A DNA stretch of 64,000 nucleotides, taken from NCBI RefSeq assembly GCF_009914755.1, contig NC_060932.1; one strand, written 5' to 3'. The stretch is from the human T2T-CHM13v2.0 reference genome, Homo sapiens. The notes under the pieces are model-generated. The model was not told where the DNA came from. It searched no databases and saw only the letters and a list, made by a program, of their open reading frames with translations. Position 1 is the first letter of the stretch. Each line of letters starts with the position of its first letter. The translations under genes and the position numbers were made by a program. This document shows, one piece after another, positions 26,971 to 40,849 of this stretch.

Positions 26971-29900
26971 TTTGTAGAAAAATGTCTAAACCCCTTCACA
27001 TGTCATCTAAGGCCAGTCACATTTTGTCCACAATTTACCTCCTAGCTTTCCTTCCCACCACGTTCCTCAAGCACTCTTCACTCTGGCCACCTAGGATGGC
27101 TCACCAGCCTCTGAGCAAATCAAGCATTGTCACACCTCCTTGTTTCAGGCCCTGCTTTCCCCTGTTTTTCTGTTGAGGGGGAAGACAAACATCACATATA
27201 TCCTATGTAGTCCTTAAGACCTTCAACAAAGTTACTTCTTTTGTGAAGCCTTCCTCCCATTACAACTTATTCCTCCTCTCTCAAAATATGACAGGATAAC
27301 AATGCAATATAGTTCACCAAATTAATTTATATAAGTTGTATTGTATACACAAATTAATTGAGTCTATGAACTCCTTCACAGCATTTTGGTGAGCGAAGAT
27401 CAAAATTATCTTATTTTTATCTTTGCCTCATTCCCAGCACCTTGTACATGGCAAGGGCTCAATAAAATTTAATTTCTTTAGGGAAGTTGTACCCTAGAGT
27501 TGAACTCTTGCTTTCAACCTATCCCATTTCTTGTAAAGCTGTGAAGGCAGCTATCCACAGCAATGAAGATTACAGGTAAAACTAGTCCACAGACCTCTTA
27601 TGTATCTAGAAGACTTGTTGAAGATAATGATTATGATGAAATTGTAATTCTTGATTTCTTCTTTTAGCAACATCTTGCAAAGTGGTGTTCAAAGAATGCT
27701 ATTCCTGTGAGGTATAAAAGTAAATTAAATAAATAAATAAATAACTATATATATATATGTATATATATATATAAATAGTTATTCAATAGTTAACTATGCC
27801 TGCCTCATTTCATATTTAAATGGATCAACTAATAATACATTTCAGGAATGAAATATTACCATGAACTTATTTTTTTCCTAAACCATTTTTAGCTTTCCTG
27901 ATTCATGGTGAATGTGACAGTGTCTATAGCACTGTCAGGGGACCAGATTAACCCAGGCAGCGGGTGGTAAGTCAGCACCTTGGAGTTTGTGGTTTATGCA
28001 AACAACCTCACTGACTTGAATGTGTAAAAATCAAAGAAATCCCACAGTCTTGGAGGTAATAGATGATGTTGTAGCAGGACACACACCAGAAAGGAGGCAT
28101 TGCTTTTGTGGCTAAGACTTATGACCTCCCTATATATAAAAATAACCATGGTTCACCCTAGAGACTAATATAGTACTTGTTGGTTAACTGGGTACTAATC
28201 TAGTGGTAAAAGTAAGGTTGATTACCATTCAAGCAGTGGAAAGCCTAGACCAGGGTTTTTTTAACCATTTGTCTGCCAAGGACTTCTTTGAGAAGCTAAA
28301 GAGAAGAGCCATAAAATATTTTTAAAGATGAGTTATGCTCTTGGGAAAAATGTTGTCTCCTGGGATACCAGGCTAACAGGTTCTGGAGTGTTCTTTCTCT
28401 CCTGTGGTTTTATGATTTTCATGTGCAATTCATTATTTGTGTGTGTTGTGTTCTTTCAAAATCACTATTGGAAAGTTGAAAAACTTCTTAGAATTCCGAC
28501 CATTCAGATAAGGTCCCCAAAAGCATTTTAGAGCAGAGATACTGAAGCCCAAGAATCCAAACTTCCTGGTAACTTTGGCAAAGCTTTTTTATATATAAAT
28601 AATCAGAACATCTTGAATTAAATAAATTCAGGGTGAATTATATAAATTTCAACATATCTGTTTTTTTCAGTAAAATGAAGAATGCATAAATAAGGTTTTA
28701 ATGTGTACTAGAATTTGATCTACTTTCTATATGCTAAACCTGGGCCCTCCTAAGTCACCATTTGTCAATAAGAAATCAATCATAGAGATCCTAATTATAC
28801 AGCCTAAAGCAATAGAAATATTTTATGAATGATTCTATGTTTCAAAAACTCTTCTATAGAATAATATATTCACTTATTACTATATTTTCCTCTAAAAAGT
28901 AAGAAAGAAAGAAAAATTAAAAAAATAAAATAAATAAAAAGTAAGAAAGAAAAAGCTCAGGACACAAAATCTAGCAAAAGGATTAGATCAGCTGTAAGAA
29001 TTCATCTGAGGGGACTATTAATAAGGAAGAAATATTTTTAAATTTTTGCTATTAGACCTCCAAATAGAATGGCAGATCTACCAACACTTAAACCTATGTA
29101 GAGTTCTGATTATTCCTCTTTTCTAAAGTACACACCTTAAATTATTAACTTTTAAGTTATTCATTATACCTTAAAAATTCAGTTGAGCATGTTCTCATAA
29201 AGCAAAAGGAATATTTCAGTCTGGTTTCAGCAAGATGTGATTTAGGGAACCTCTCAAAAAATGGTGGGGAGAAAAGGGATTCTAAGATATATAACTGGCT
29301 TCTCCTGAACCCAAAATACGGAGGAACTCTAACATCTCATCCAGTTTCTCTGTCTTCTTGTCTCCTTTGTGATATGCTGAAGGCTTTATAAACACAAGGT
29401 TGGAGTGTAGTCAGCCAAGGTTTCAAAGGGCAGGCTACTTCTTACTCTATTTTTCTTAGGACTTTGATCTTATCTCTTCTGCTTATGCCAAATCAAGCTT
29501 CTGTTGCCCCAACAGCTACCCCAGTTTAGGAGCTGAGGAGAACAACAACACTATTTTTATTGGAGAGACCCTGACTAGAGGGTGGGCATGGGAACAGGCA
29601 GGCTAAACTGCAGAGAGCAGGCTGAGTGAGCCACAGAGTGATGTACAGTCATCCCGTTTCAGAGAACTCCAGGGACCATCAGAATGAAGTCAGATTTCAG
29701 TGCAAAACTGTGTATTTGGCCACTGTTTCCATACAATAAGGTAAAAATTAATCATAGCAAATGGCTGCTTATTAATAAAACCAAATTATTAAAATGGTCT
29801 AAATTGTAATGCCTTCTTAGTCATTCAAATTGCCCTGGGTTAGACTTAAAATTGACACGCAGGTTTAGAAATGTAACTCTAGCTATCAGAAGGAAATGAG

Positions 29901-30099
29901 AAGAGATATTCTGTCATCTATTATTCTTTATAGGGGAAAACTGATTGATCCAAGGACAAACCTATCTCCATTACTTGGCCGGAATCTAAGAAGTAAACCT
30001 ATGAGGATTATATATATTTATGTCCTAATCTGTCATGCCAACATAATCATGATGTGCCTTTATGATATTCTTCAGTCTCTCTTCCTCAATCTTCATATC

Positions 30100-30845
30100 T
30101 ACTTGGTCACCAACATTTATTAATTCTACATTAGAAATTACTCTTGAATAAGGTTCCCGTTCCATCATCCCCTGTGTCACTAACTTTAATTTACTCTTGT
30201 GGGTCATCCATCTACAAGCTGCCAAGGTAATCATCCCAATAACCACAGGATAAATACACTCTCTTTGCACACAGGATAAAGCCCAACACCTTGGCAGCGT
30301 CTACAGGGCCCTTTGCAGTATAGCATCACTTAAACATCATCTAACCTCATTGTCACCAAGGCCCCCTGTATTATTTATACACATGAGGAGTCCTCATTCT
30401 TCCTCCAACATCCTTCTCAGACTTCCAGCTTGAGAGAGACATTTTCTTGGTCTTTCCTTGGTGAATTCCTAGTAATCTTTCAAGCACCAGTTCAAATGTT
30501 ATATTCTCTAAAGTTTTCTTTGACCCACCCATCTGCCATCCTTACTCCCACAGGTACAATATCTGGGCTTCCTCTTCCTGCAACATTTTGCTTGCATCTC
30601 TTTTGGAATACTTAACACGTTTTTCCGCCATGGTACAACATAGAGGCCAACTTCAAAGTTGAGTCTGTGACACGTCGTTGTGTGACCTCATTCAAACCAC
30701 TGTACTTCCCTGTACTTAATTTCTTCAACTGTAAAATGTAAATGAATATGGCTACTAAACAGAGCTGTTGTAACAGTTCAATAATGTATCAACACAGCTC
30801 CTGACCATGGTGAAAATTCAGCAAATAGAACTATAATTATTATTA
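30100..30845 (+). mobile_element. L2 fragment followed by a MIR (about 30640-30845)
   Basis: CAGGATAAAGCCCAACACCTTGGCA (L2). TGTGTGACCT and TTTCTTCAACTGTAAAATG (MIR). Confidence 0.6.
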
Positions 30846-32795
30846 TGAATAATTGTTATTAATTATATATGTAAATACCTATATAAGGCTTATTAAAACT
30901 CTGTGAAGGTAAGAACTGTGGGTTTTTAACACAGTCTTTATCGCACATACACTTAAATTATGTTTTCTTGCTTTATCTCCTGGTTATTTGAATGGATTTT
31001 CTGTTTTCCAGTGTAACCCAGATGTAATATCCTTACCAGATTCTTGTCTCTGGCAAGCATACCTAATCTGAAATGGATTCACCGAAGCCCAGCTAAACCA
31101 TGACCAAATACAGGTCCTGATAAGGAATATACTATCCAGCAACTACAGTGATTAAGTGTTGTGCTAAGAACATTTATTCTAAATATTTATAGGTCTTCTT
31201 TTTAAAAATAGCCTAAAGAATTTTGGGGAAGATGATAACAGTGGGTAGAGTGAGTGTTCAAATGTGTACATATCAAGAATATACATTATCATAGAATCAC
31301 TTAAATATTTAAATTGTGTTTATATTGCTCATTCTCAGTAACTCTTTTAGATGCCATAAAACCTCTCTCAATCACCCAATGGAATTAAATTAATGGAGCT
31401 ATTTTGCATACTTGGCTTGAACAGAATTTTAATGATAAATATCCCTTCTGTATTTTATATTTATATCATATTCAGGCTCCTAAAGAAATATGCCATTTCA
31501 GGAACTTTAGTTCCAACTTCCTAACAGTTCGTTGAAAGTGATATTAACTATATAACTGATGAATGACAATTAAAATTACACTGATAAAAGCAGAAAAAAC
31601 CAGCAAGTCTTGCAGTTTTCCATTGATTTCTCTGTTGTGGCAGCATTTATTGACATGATAAAGCCCTCTTCCTGCATCATCCAGAATTCTCCACAATATT
31701 TTAAAATCAAATATATATATATATTTTAAATTACATATATATATTTGTATACCTACACACACATGGCTTATCTTGGCTAATCAGGCAACATTTTTCTAAA
31801 TTCTAGCGCTTACAAGGTCATTACTGTCAGATTGGGGAGGTATGATAATAACTGATATGTATTAACTGCCCTGTACTATTAAAGGCACTTAGCATATACT
31901 CAAGCATTTTACACTTTAATGAAGGTCACAACTGCCCATTTTGTTTTCCTCAATAAGTTATATTTCTGGCCTCATACTGCCCAGTTCATTTAACGATTGT
32001 TGCCTCTAGCAAAAATTTCACTAGAAATATTTTTAGTAACTGGTGGCATCTGTCAATTACATTTCTTAGAACATAGGGTTTAGATGGACAATAATTTTCT
32101 GATTAACTAGAAATGAGTCAGAAGACCCCGATAAGCATTTCTGGAAATGAGCACTCCTGGCTGTCTTTGTGGTACGTGTGTTACCTGGATGGATACACTG
32201 AGATTCCCATTCACTGGAATCCGTAGCTCCCTGGTCCTGGACCAGGGGCACCGATGTAGGAGGTACGAGACCTGAGGCATCATCTTCCCTTCACTGCTGA
32301 CTAGCTTTGAAACCTCTTGTCCATGTCTCTTCATATGGACTCAGTTCTCTCAGGTATAAATGTAAACTAAAAATGTCTGAAGGATACCATATTAGTCTCT
32401 AATATTTCAAGGTCTCTGATAATTCTAAAATCTAGGCTTTCTTTTATTTATTTGAAATCCAGAAAGTACATACTAGAGTTTTATTCAAAAAAGCAAATTT
32501 GGAGATATGTCCTAGATCTGGCACATATATATATATATATATTCTAACATATCTTTCTGTTTCTGCACCTAAAGTTACGATACATTTTTATTTATGTTCC
32601 CTTGCTCTTCCTGGAATATTTCATCTTCCACTCTTCTCCATTTTTATTCAGACCTTCCCCATTCTTCCTGATGATGTCCTATCTACCAGTCCTCATGTGG
32701 TCACAATGCAGTTATCATCTCTAAGCCAAAGAGTACTGATTACAATTTATTCTATAACATTAAATATGCAGTGTGTCATTGACTCTATTATATGC

Positions 32796-32968
32796 TGTGT
32801 GTCACTAATTCTAAGATGCATTTCTTATTGTAGTGTCTCTCAAATCAGGATGTATCTTAACAATCGATGACATATTGCAAATATAACTAACTGCTTTTCT
32901 TCTTAAGTGGCACAAAAAGAAAGAGTGTATATCATAATTTCTGGCATCTTGCAGTCAATGGAAATTAG
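32796..32968. mobile_element. MER104-like TcMar-Tc2 MITE
   Basis: ATTCTAAGATGCA, AAATCAGGATGTATCTTAACAATCGATG and TGGCATCTTG..TCAATGGAAAT. Confidence 0.7.
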
Positions 32969-33730
32969 TCTTACTAGTATTTGAAATGCTATCTTATTCA
33001 CTAGACAGATCTTGTCTGTATATTTTACTTCTTCAACTTATATATAAGAATATATTTTTATATTTTCATACTCCTCAACCCCATATTAATAATGTTTTAG
33101 AAATTCATCAAGAATTTGATTAATAATTATAGAACTACCATGACTCAAGGAACCAGAGTCTGGACTTCTGAAGAAACATTCAATTATATTTGCCATAATG
33201 TATTTCTTGAGGTAGAGATATGGATCAATATATTTTAAGAATTTTCAGTGACGATTAAATTAAAAGAATTCATTTATTCTTTATCACTGAGATGTAACTA
33301 GATGTTTTTCTTTTTCTCATCATTTTTCAGGCTTTCCCAGAATCTTAAGGATGATAGGAATCTCTAACAGTGTTTTGGACATTCCATTTATCTGCACAGA
33401 ACTTTATGCTAACCTGACGCAAAAAATAAGACAAATTTCTAAAAAATACTTTTCTCTGTAGTTTATATTTTTGTACTTTTTGTCATAGTGAGATTTTATT
33501 CTGAGATATCCTCCACGAGATGGTGGAAGTGTTGTTGTTCACTGAGTTTATAGCACTGCATAAACTGCCCGTCTCTCAACCAAATAAAGTCTACAATTAA
33601 CAATGCAGAAATAGCACTAAACATTCATTTTCTTAGGATCTGGGCAATAATGGCATACCTTTAAAATCTCCACTTAAATGTATATCAAATAAATTTTAGA
33701 ACCCAATATTAATTTTCAAAATCACACAGA

Positions 33731-34042
33731 GGTCGGTCACAGTGGCTCATGCCTGTAATCCCAGCTCTTTGGGAGGCCAAGGCGGGCAGATTACCTGAGG
33801 TCAGGAGTTTGAGACGAGCCTGGCCAACATGGCTAGACCCCACTTCTACTAAAAAAAAAAAACAAAAATTAGCTGAGTGTGGTGGCACATGCCTCTAATC
33901 TTAGCTACTTGGGAGGTTGAGGCACGAGAATCGCTTGAACCCAGGAGGCGGAGGTTGCAGTGAGCCGAGACGGCACCACTTCACTCCAGCCTGGGTGACA
34001 AAGTGAGACTCCATCTCAAAAAATAAAAATAAAAAATAAAAA
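33731..34042 (+). mobile_element. AluS
   Basis: Full dimer with A-rich tail, flanked on both sides by ATCACACAGA (TSD). Confidence 0.95.
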
Positions 34043-35518
34043 TATATCACACAGAACTGCATTTTTCTATGATTATTGCTGCCTCTAGCCTGACAGAATA
34101 CAGCACTGTGTTTTACCTCTCTTCTGGGCCCGAAAAAGATTAATTTTATAAACAATTGTTAAGCACTGGCCACATGTGAGTACTCTGCCAGCACAGTTAA
34201 AATGCAAGAATAAATTACCTTCAAGACACCTACAGTCTAAAAAAGATGTACAAGAATGGGACCCCATCCACCTTCTGGGAACATCACAGTTGTTTGGGAG
34301 CAGTGTCACTGGAAACTCTTTTTAAGCATAAATGTTTATATTGATGCTGTGATGGGGAAGATATTATAGAAAACAGTATTTCATCCCCTTTACCTTAGGC
34401 AATAAAATAGCATAGATATTTTTAAAGGAACAAATGTCAGAAGAAATAAAGATATTAAAAAATCAATATCCATGTGGGGCTAAAGGCAAGTTTTTACAGA
34501 TCAGAAATAGATGAATTTTCTGAGCTCAGAAAAACCAGGCACTCAGGCATTAAGTTCCAAGAAAAAGAACTCACTTCAGAACTCTGAGAAATGTGTTAGA
34601 AGAGTTGCAATCTGCTCTCTCCTTCATGCAGTCACAGAGATGCAGGAGGAGAATGTACATTTTTGACACAAAGACACTGCAGCCACATCACAGTCCAACT
34701 CTGGCTGGGCAAGATCTCACTGCTATCTCTGGGTGCAGGTGTCAGACTACCAGGCCGGTTACAATACCAGGGCACCTTTTGAACAGCTGGGACTGACAAC
34801 ACAGAGGGTTTCCAGGACACACACTTTTTTCTTTGGAAATGTTTAACTCGGGTACAGACTAATGAAAAGGAAATACACCTGGGAGTCATAAATAGTTTTA
34901 GAATGAGATCTAGTTGTTTAAATAATCTCGTTTTGTTTTGGAATTTGTACATGTGAATACTAACTACAAGGATAAGCAAAGTCAAATACATTCTGTATTA
35001 CAGAATCTAGAAAAATAGGCCGCACAAATTTGGGCTGCAAAGATGTCCAGTGAGATACAATAACATTAAGAAACTGTTAGGTTAAAAACAAGTAAATAAA
35101 AATATTGATCATTTTAAAATTGCTATAAAGTTTATTCTAGTTCATCTGCTAACCAAACTATATTACCCTGAGTGTGTAAACTGGGTAAAGAAAATGAACC
35201 ATTTGGGAGCTAACTGCCTAAATAGTGATTTTATTTAAAATTTTTCTCTTTTTAAAAATTCCTTTGATTAAAAAAATTTATGTAGCAATATAGCTACATT
35301 AATACAATAACATGGTTTCACAGGTGCAAACATAAGTTAAACTTATCAAACTGTACATTTTATGCTCAAGTATACATTAATAAATCTGCTAAAATGTCTA
35401 TGTAGTTATCTATGATGTTATATTAATACAATGAGACAATATAGTGGATGCATATTATTTAAGGGATAACATTTTAGATATTTTAGAGAGAGACTGATAC
35501 TAATACTTTAATAAAAAT

Positions 35519-35900
<382 letters not shown>

Positions 35901-37199
35901 TAATAATATTAAGTGATCAGTCAAATTAAAGACAATTGTAATCCTGGTGAATAATGAAAATAACATTTTAGCTGCAATTGCTATATATCTGCAAATATTG
36001 CAAATCTGTATCTTGCTACATATGGGTAGAAAATGCTAGGCAGAAGTCAAAACCTGTAGATTAGAGAAGAAAATAATCTTCCTCCAAAAAACAGATACAA
36101 TAAGTGGTAAGCATGGCACTTTATTTAAATCTTACCATATTTAATCCCAGCTCCCACATGTATCAGCTATCTGATAGTTGTGGGAAGAAAAATTTCTCTT
36201 AAATTATGAAAGTTTAATTTGTTACCTTCAATGACTTTTTGTTGAAGAGATTAGGGAAATTCTTAGACTCCCTCTCTTCTGAATTAATTTCCATAAGATC
36301 TTTTAGAATAGATAAACTTGAGAAGAAAAGACCAGAGGAAAGAATGTATAAATTTAGTTTCATTCTAACAGGAAATGACATTTGGCTATGAAGGATTGTC
36401 TTTGCTGGAGCTCTCCATCCTTTTGAAGTTTTGAATATCATAACAAACACCAGATAACCCAGTGTAACTAAGGGGGAATATACATGTAAACAGTTAATAC
36501 ATCTGTTTGAAATTTTGGACTGAACAGGAGATGAAAATAAAGCAGGAAAAAAGAATGAGAGTACCAGTGGGGGAAAACCACTTATTTCTGATTTTATGCA
36601 CACACAAATACATATACATATATAAACAAAAATAATACTTATCATGTGGTTGATATACATACAGAAAAAGCAACCATGAAAATGTATATTTTATCTAAAG
36701 AGGTTGCAAGGCCTTCCCGCCTTGTCAAATTTTGTATAAAGGCTCAGTGAGACCACATTTGCTGAGGATAGTTCCTTGACAGCTGAGTAATAGAGCTTAT
36801 TGGCAATGCCAAGACTTAATGGCCTTCAGTGAATAGTGCATACGCTGGCATCTGGCAGATTTAGAGCTGTGGTTATGTAAAGGGTGGGTCTTTCAGGAGG
36901 CAATATTATAGATAGGCCCCTCCTTAGATAGTCATAGTCCAAGAGAATAAAGGCAATGCAAACTCTTAATAGCAAAGTCTTTTAGTCTATAAAACTATTT
37001 AAGAGTACAAATGGTTTCATTTAAAATTCAATATCAAAACACTTAATCCTTGCATGTGTAAAGATGAAAGAAGTACCATTCTATTACAGTATTATATAAT
37101 TAAAATAACTAACTGAGACATACTGTGGCTTGTAGTTTTCATGAAAGGTCCCTTGTTCCCACCACCATGAAATGACATTTTTTTAAAAAATTTAATATA

Positions 37200-37510
37200 G
37201 GCTGGGAGCAGTGGCTCATGCCTGTAATCCCAACACTTTGGGAGGCCAAGGCAGGCAAATTGCTTGAGGCCAGGAGTTGGAAACCAGCCTGGGTAACATG
37301 GCAAAACCCTGTCTCTACTAAAAATACAAAAATTAGCCAGGCATAGTGGTGCATGCCTGTAGTCCCAGCTACTGGGGAGGTTGAGGCGTGAGAGTTGCTT
37401 GAACCTGGGAAGCAGACATTGCAGTGAGCCAAGATCCCGCCACACTGCACTCCATCCTGGGTGACAGAGTGAGATTCTGTCTCAAAAAAACAAAAAACAA
37501 ACAAACAAAA
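37200..37510 (+). mobile_element. Alu (AluJb/old S)
   Basis: Full dimer with an (AAAC)-type tail. Confidence 0.94.
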
Positions 37511-37879
37511 TAACACCCAAAATAATAAAATGTATGGGCAATGTAGTTTGTGAAAATGACAGGTAAGGACACATACATAATAAGTTTAAAAATGATTTTG
37601 GATGATGACTACTCTAGCAGAAAGATACAACAATCGTGCTCTTTGAAGAATTAGTTTTAAACTTGTCTTCATCTTGGGGATTATTACTAATCATGGTGGA
37701 TTATCCCAGGTTTTTTTGTCTCTCTTCATATACTTGGCAACTTGATTCTATCATAGGAAGAAATACGAGATGAAATTCAAGTCAAGCAATTTTTTAACCT
37801 AAGATATAACTTGGTAGGAAACCAGTACTTTAATTTGAGTGTCAATTATTGGTTATTATCTGAAGAGTCATTAAACTGC

Positions 37880-38115
37880 GGTGAAGCCAAGTATTGTCTC
37901 TGCAGAATCAGACCTATTTGCTCCAAATTATCACCTTCTTGCTTAATAATTATGTAACTTTGGGCCAATTGCTCAATTTTGCTACATTTCATTTTTTCAT
38001 TGGTATAATATAAGAAGAATGCCTATTATAGAATTTTTGTGAGAATTAATATAGATAATATTTTCAAAACACAATCCCTGCCATATGTACGTACAACTCA
38101 TGGTACTCACAGTTA
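37880..38115 (+). mobile_element. MIR SINE
   Basis: TATGTAACTTTGGGCCAATT and TTGTGAGAATTAA. Confidence 0.6.
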
Positions 38116-38588
38116 GCTTTGCATTAGGAGCGGGTTAGTTTGCAACTGCATGGAGTGTAGTTTTCTTACCAACAACCATCAGGGTTGGTAAGAGAAGACT
38201 GTTGTACTGAAAAATAATATGAGGTAGCTAGAACTAGAAGGAATATTCAAAAGTCTGAGAATCCCCACCATCCATCCCTGGGAAATAAAATCCCTAGGAA
38301 TCAGAGACAATTTGTCTTCCTAAAATGAGAATTCATTCAATGTTAAAGTCTAAGAGTTCAAGAGAAAAAAAAGCTTCAAAACAGACATCGTCCCTCTTCC
38401 CACTGTCTTCTCCTCCCAGGCCCCAGTGCTTTCTATCACTATAGTTTAGTTCGCATTTTCCAGAATTATATGTACCTGGAATCATATAGTATGTACCCTT
38501 TTTTGGTGGGGAGGTGCAGACCTACCCAGAGTCTTTCCCTAACTGCTGCCAGATGCTTAAAATTCCATTTTCAGTACATTACCCCTTG

Positions 38589-38725
38589 CAGTGGTTCTTA
38601 ACCTTAGCTATGTCACAAATCCCCTCGAGACTGATAAATTCTATGAGCCATCTTCCCAGAGAAATAAATGAAGAGAAATCCATTCCCACAGAATGTGGCA
38701 TATAATTTTAGGATATTCAGATGAG
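38589..38725. mobile_element. MER103C-like hAT-Charlie fragment
   Basis: CAGTGGTTCTTAACCTT...GTCAC..CCCCT..GAGA..CTGAT..CTATG..CCCAGA. Confidence 0.55.
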
Positions 38726-39041
38726 AGAATTTGGCTTACCTGAAAGCTTTTGTAGCTGTCAAATACATAACAAGACTGAGGATCTATCACAATAAAGCTG
38801 GAAAGGCAAGAGCAACCCAAGGCCCTGCAGAGCAGGGGGTTCATATGTTGGATGTTCACTAGAAGGATTGTATTTCTCCCTAGATTTTTTCTTTCTGTTT
38901 CTTTTTAGGGAGTACTGCACACAATAGAACCAACTTTTATCTTTTCTGTAATAGGAAAGTTGTCTTTTTTTTTTTTAATTTCTGTACCTGGTTTGTATGT
39001 ATTTTGAGGGGGAAGCATTCTTGTTTTGCTTTTCTGCTTCC

Positions 39042-39209
39042 TTTTTTTTTTTTTTTCATTAGAGACAGGATCTCACTCTGTCACCCAGGCTGGAGAGCAG
39101 TGACATGATCACAGGTCACTGTAACCTAGAACTCCTAGGCTCAAGCAGTCCTCCAAACTCAGCCTCCCAAAATGCTGACATTAAAAAGTGTGAGCCACTG
39201 TGCTCAGCC
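39042..39209 (-). mobile_element. FRAM-like Alu monomer
   Basis: A single ~150-bp monomer with a poly-T lead. Confidence 0.85.
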
Positions 39210-40758
39210 TTGTGTTGCTTTTGAACACAGAAGCTAGCCTTGAATTAACTTTGGCTTTTAACTAAAATTCTGAGTTTTTGATACTACGTTTTCTCTCACT
39301 CAGAATTTTTTCTTATCCATTAAAAAAATAAGAAATTGTGAGGGCAATTTGATACTTACATCATTTTCAGTAGGTGAATTATACAGCCCTTAGTTCAATC
39401 ATACTACTTAAATAGATTGCTTAGAGGGTTAACTAGCTAGGGCTTGGCTTAGATCATTGACTCCAGAAATGCTCCTTGTAACTATGGTCCAGGAGTATAA
39501 TTTAAAGATCACATGTTAATATGATGTTAATGTGTGTATGTGTGTATGTGTATGTGTATTATATATAATATAAAGATGAACTCACCCAACCATTTATAGG
39601 CATAAAATACCTTATAAAATGATCTCCATCCATATCCATATGCAAAATAATCTATCAGATCAAAACATTATATATCTCAAAACATTTCTCTGAAGAAGTC
39701 ATTTTATGCTTAGATGACAACTTTTTTTTTCTATTTTCCCTTTAGCAATACTCTCTCAACACTGTTTATCAAAGGAACCAATATGGAAGGAAAAACATTG
39801 CTTTGAAGGGAAGATGGATGGATCCCCTAGTAAACTACAGCTTGAGGTGCAATTTCCTAAAGTTCAAATGCCTGAAAAAGGAAACGAAAGAAAGAAACTC
39901 AACTCTTGAGACAGCTTCAATGCTAGCTTTGATCTCAATTATAGAGTTATTTATGAAAAGTGCATTTTTACAACTAAAAATAAATTAGGATCAAAAGCTT
40001 CTAGAGGCTATACTATGGAGTGCTTAATAAAAAGTTGAGTAAAGAGTAATGAATGGCTTTGTACTATTAATTTGAAAGAATTACCTTCTCTTTTAAACAG
40101 CTGCCAAGATAGTGAAGATTGACATGTCACAGGAAATTAAAACAAATGGTTTCTAGTCCTGTATGCCTTGGTGGGTAAACAGTAGGATAGAGCCCTTACC
40201 TGGGAAGCTGTGGGCTGGACTCTACCTCTAACTGTGTGCAACCATTAAAGGAGCAACCTTCAGCAAGTTTATTTAACTCTCTGGGCCTCAAATTACCTAC
40301 TCCTAAAGTGCACGAGAAGAACTAGTTCTTCTCTGAAATTCTTCCTGTCTCCAATGGCCTGTTCCTTAGTTCCTGTTAACTAAGCATACTCACACTCTAA
40401 TAAATACATGTAAAATCTTACCCCTTATAGAAATAGTTTTTTTAAAAAAAGAATAATCAGTTTTAAATTTAAATCATAGGTCTATTCACTCAATGGACAT
40501 TGTTGGGATTCAGTGTAGAAAAAGCACAAAGGATGAACTTCCAGTCAACTTTCAGTATTTGCATAAACACGACACAATTGTAGATTATCAAGAAATAGTT
40601 TTTATCAGACTAAAATACTCTAATGAATGATTTCATAGTCTTTTGGCTGTTTAATTAAATTCAGTGAATAAATCATTTCTTATTCTCTAGGTAACAATGA
40701 AAAAACATCTCAGAATAGTATAGAACAGCAAAAGGAATTGAAAGATGGTGCTGAGGAT

Positions 40759-40765
40759 GATAGAT

Positions 40766-40799
<34 letters not shown>

Positions 40800-40849
40800 T
40801 AGATAGATAGATAGATATTGATAGAGAGATAGATAAGACATATAGATAG
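40759..40849 (+). repeat. Compound tetranucleotide STR with core (AGAC)7(AGAT)5 at 40769-40816
   Basis: Counted directly from the sequence. Confidence 0.95.

Noticed and set aside
36214-36660. 148-aa minus-strand ORF
   Set aside because: It has a hydrophobic, low-complexity composition typical of T-rich non-coding DNA, with no recognisable domain or exon structure.
37092-37578. Overlapping ORFs of 69-125 aa (similar ones at 22289, 52354, 58394 and 61059)
   Set aside because: They are translations of antisense Alu sequence.
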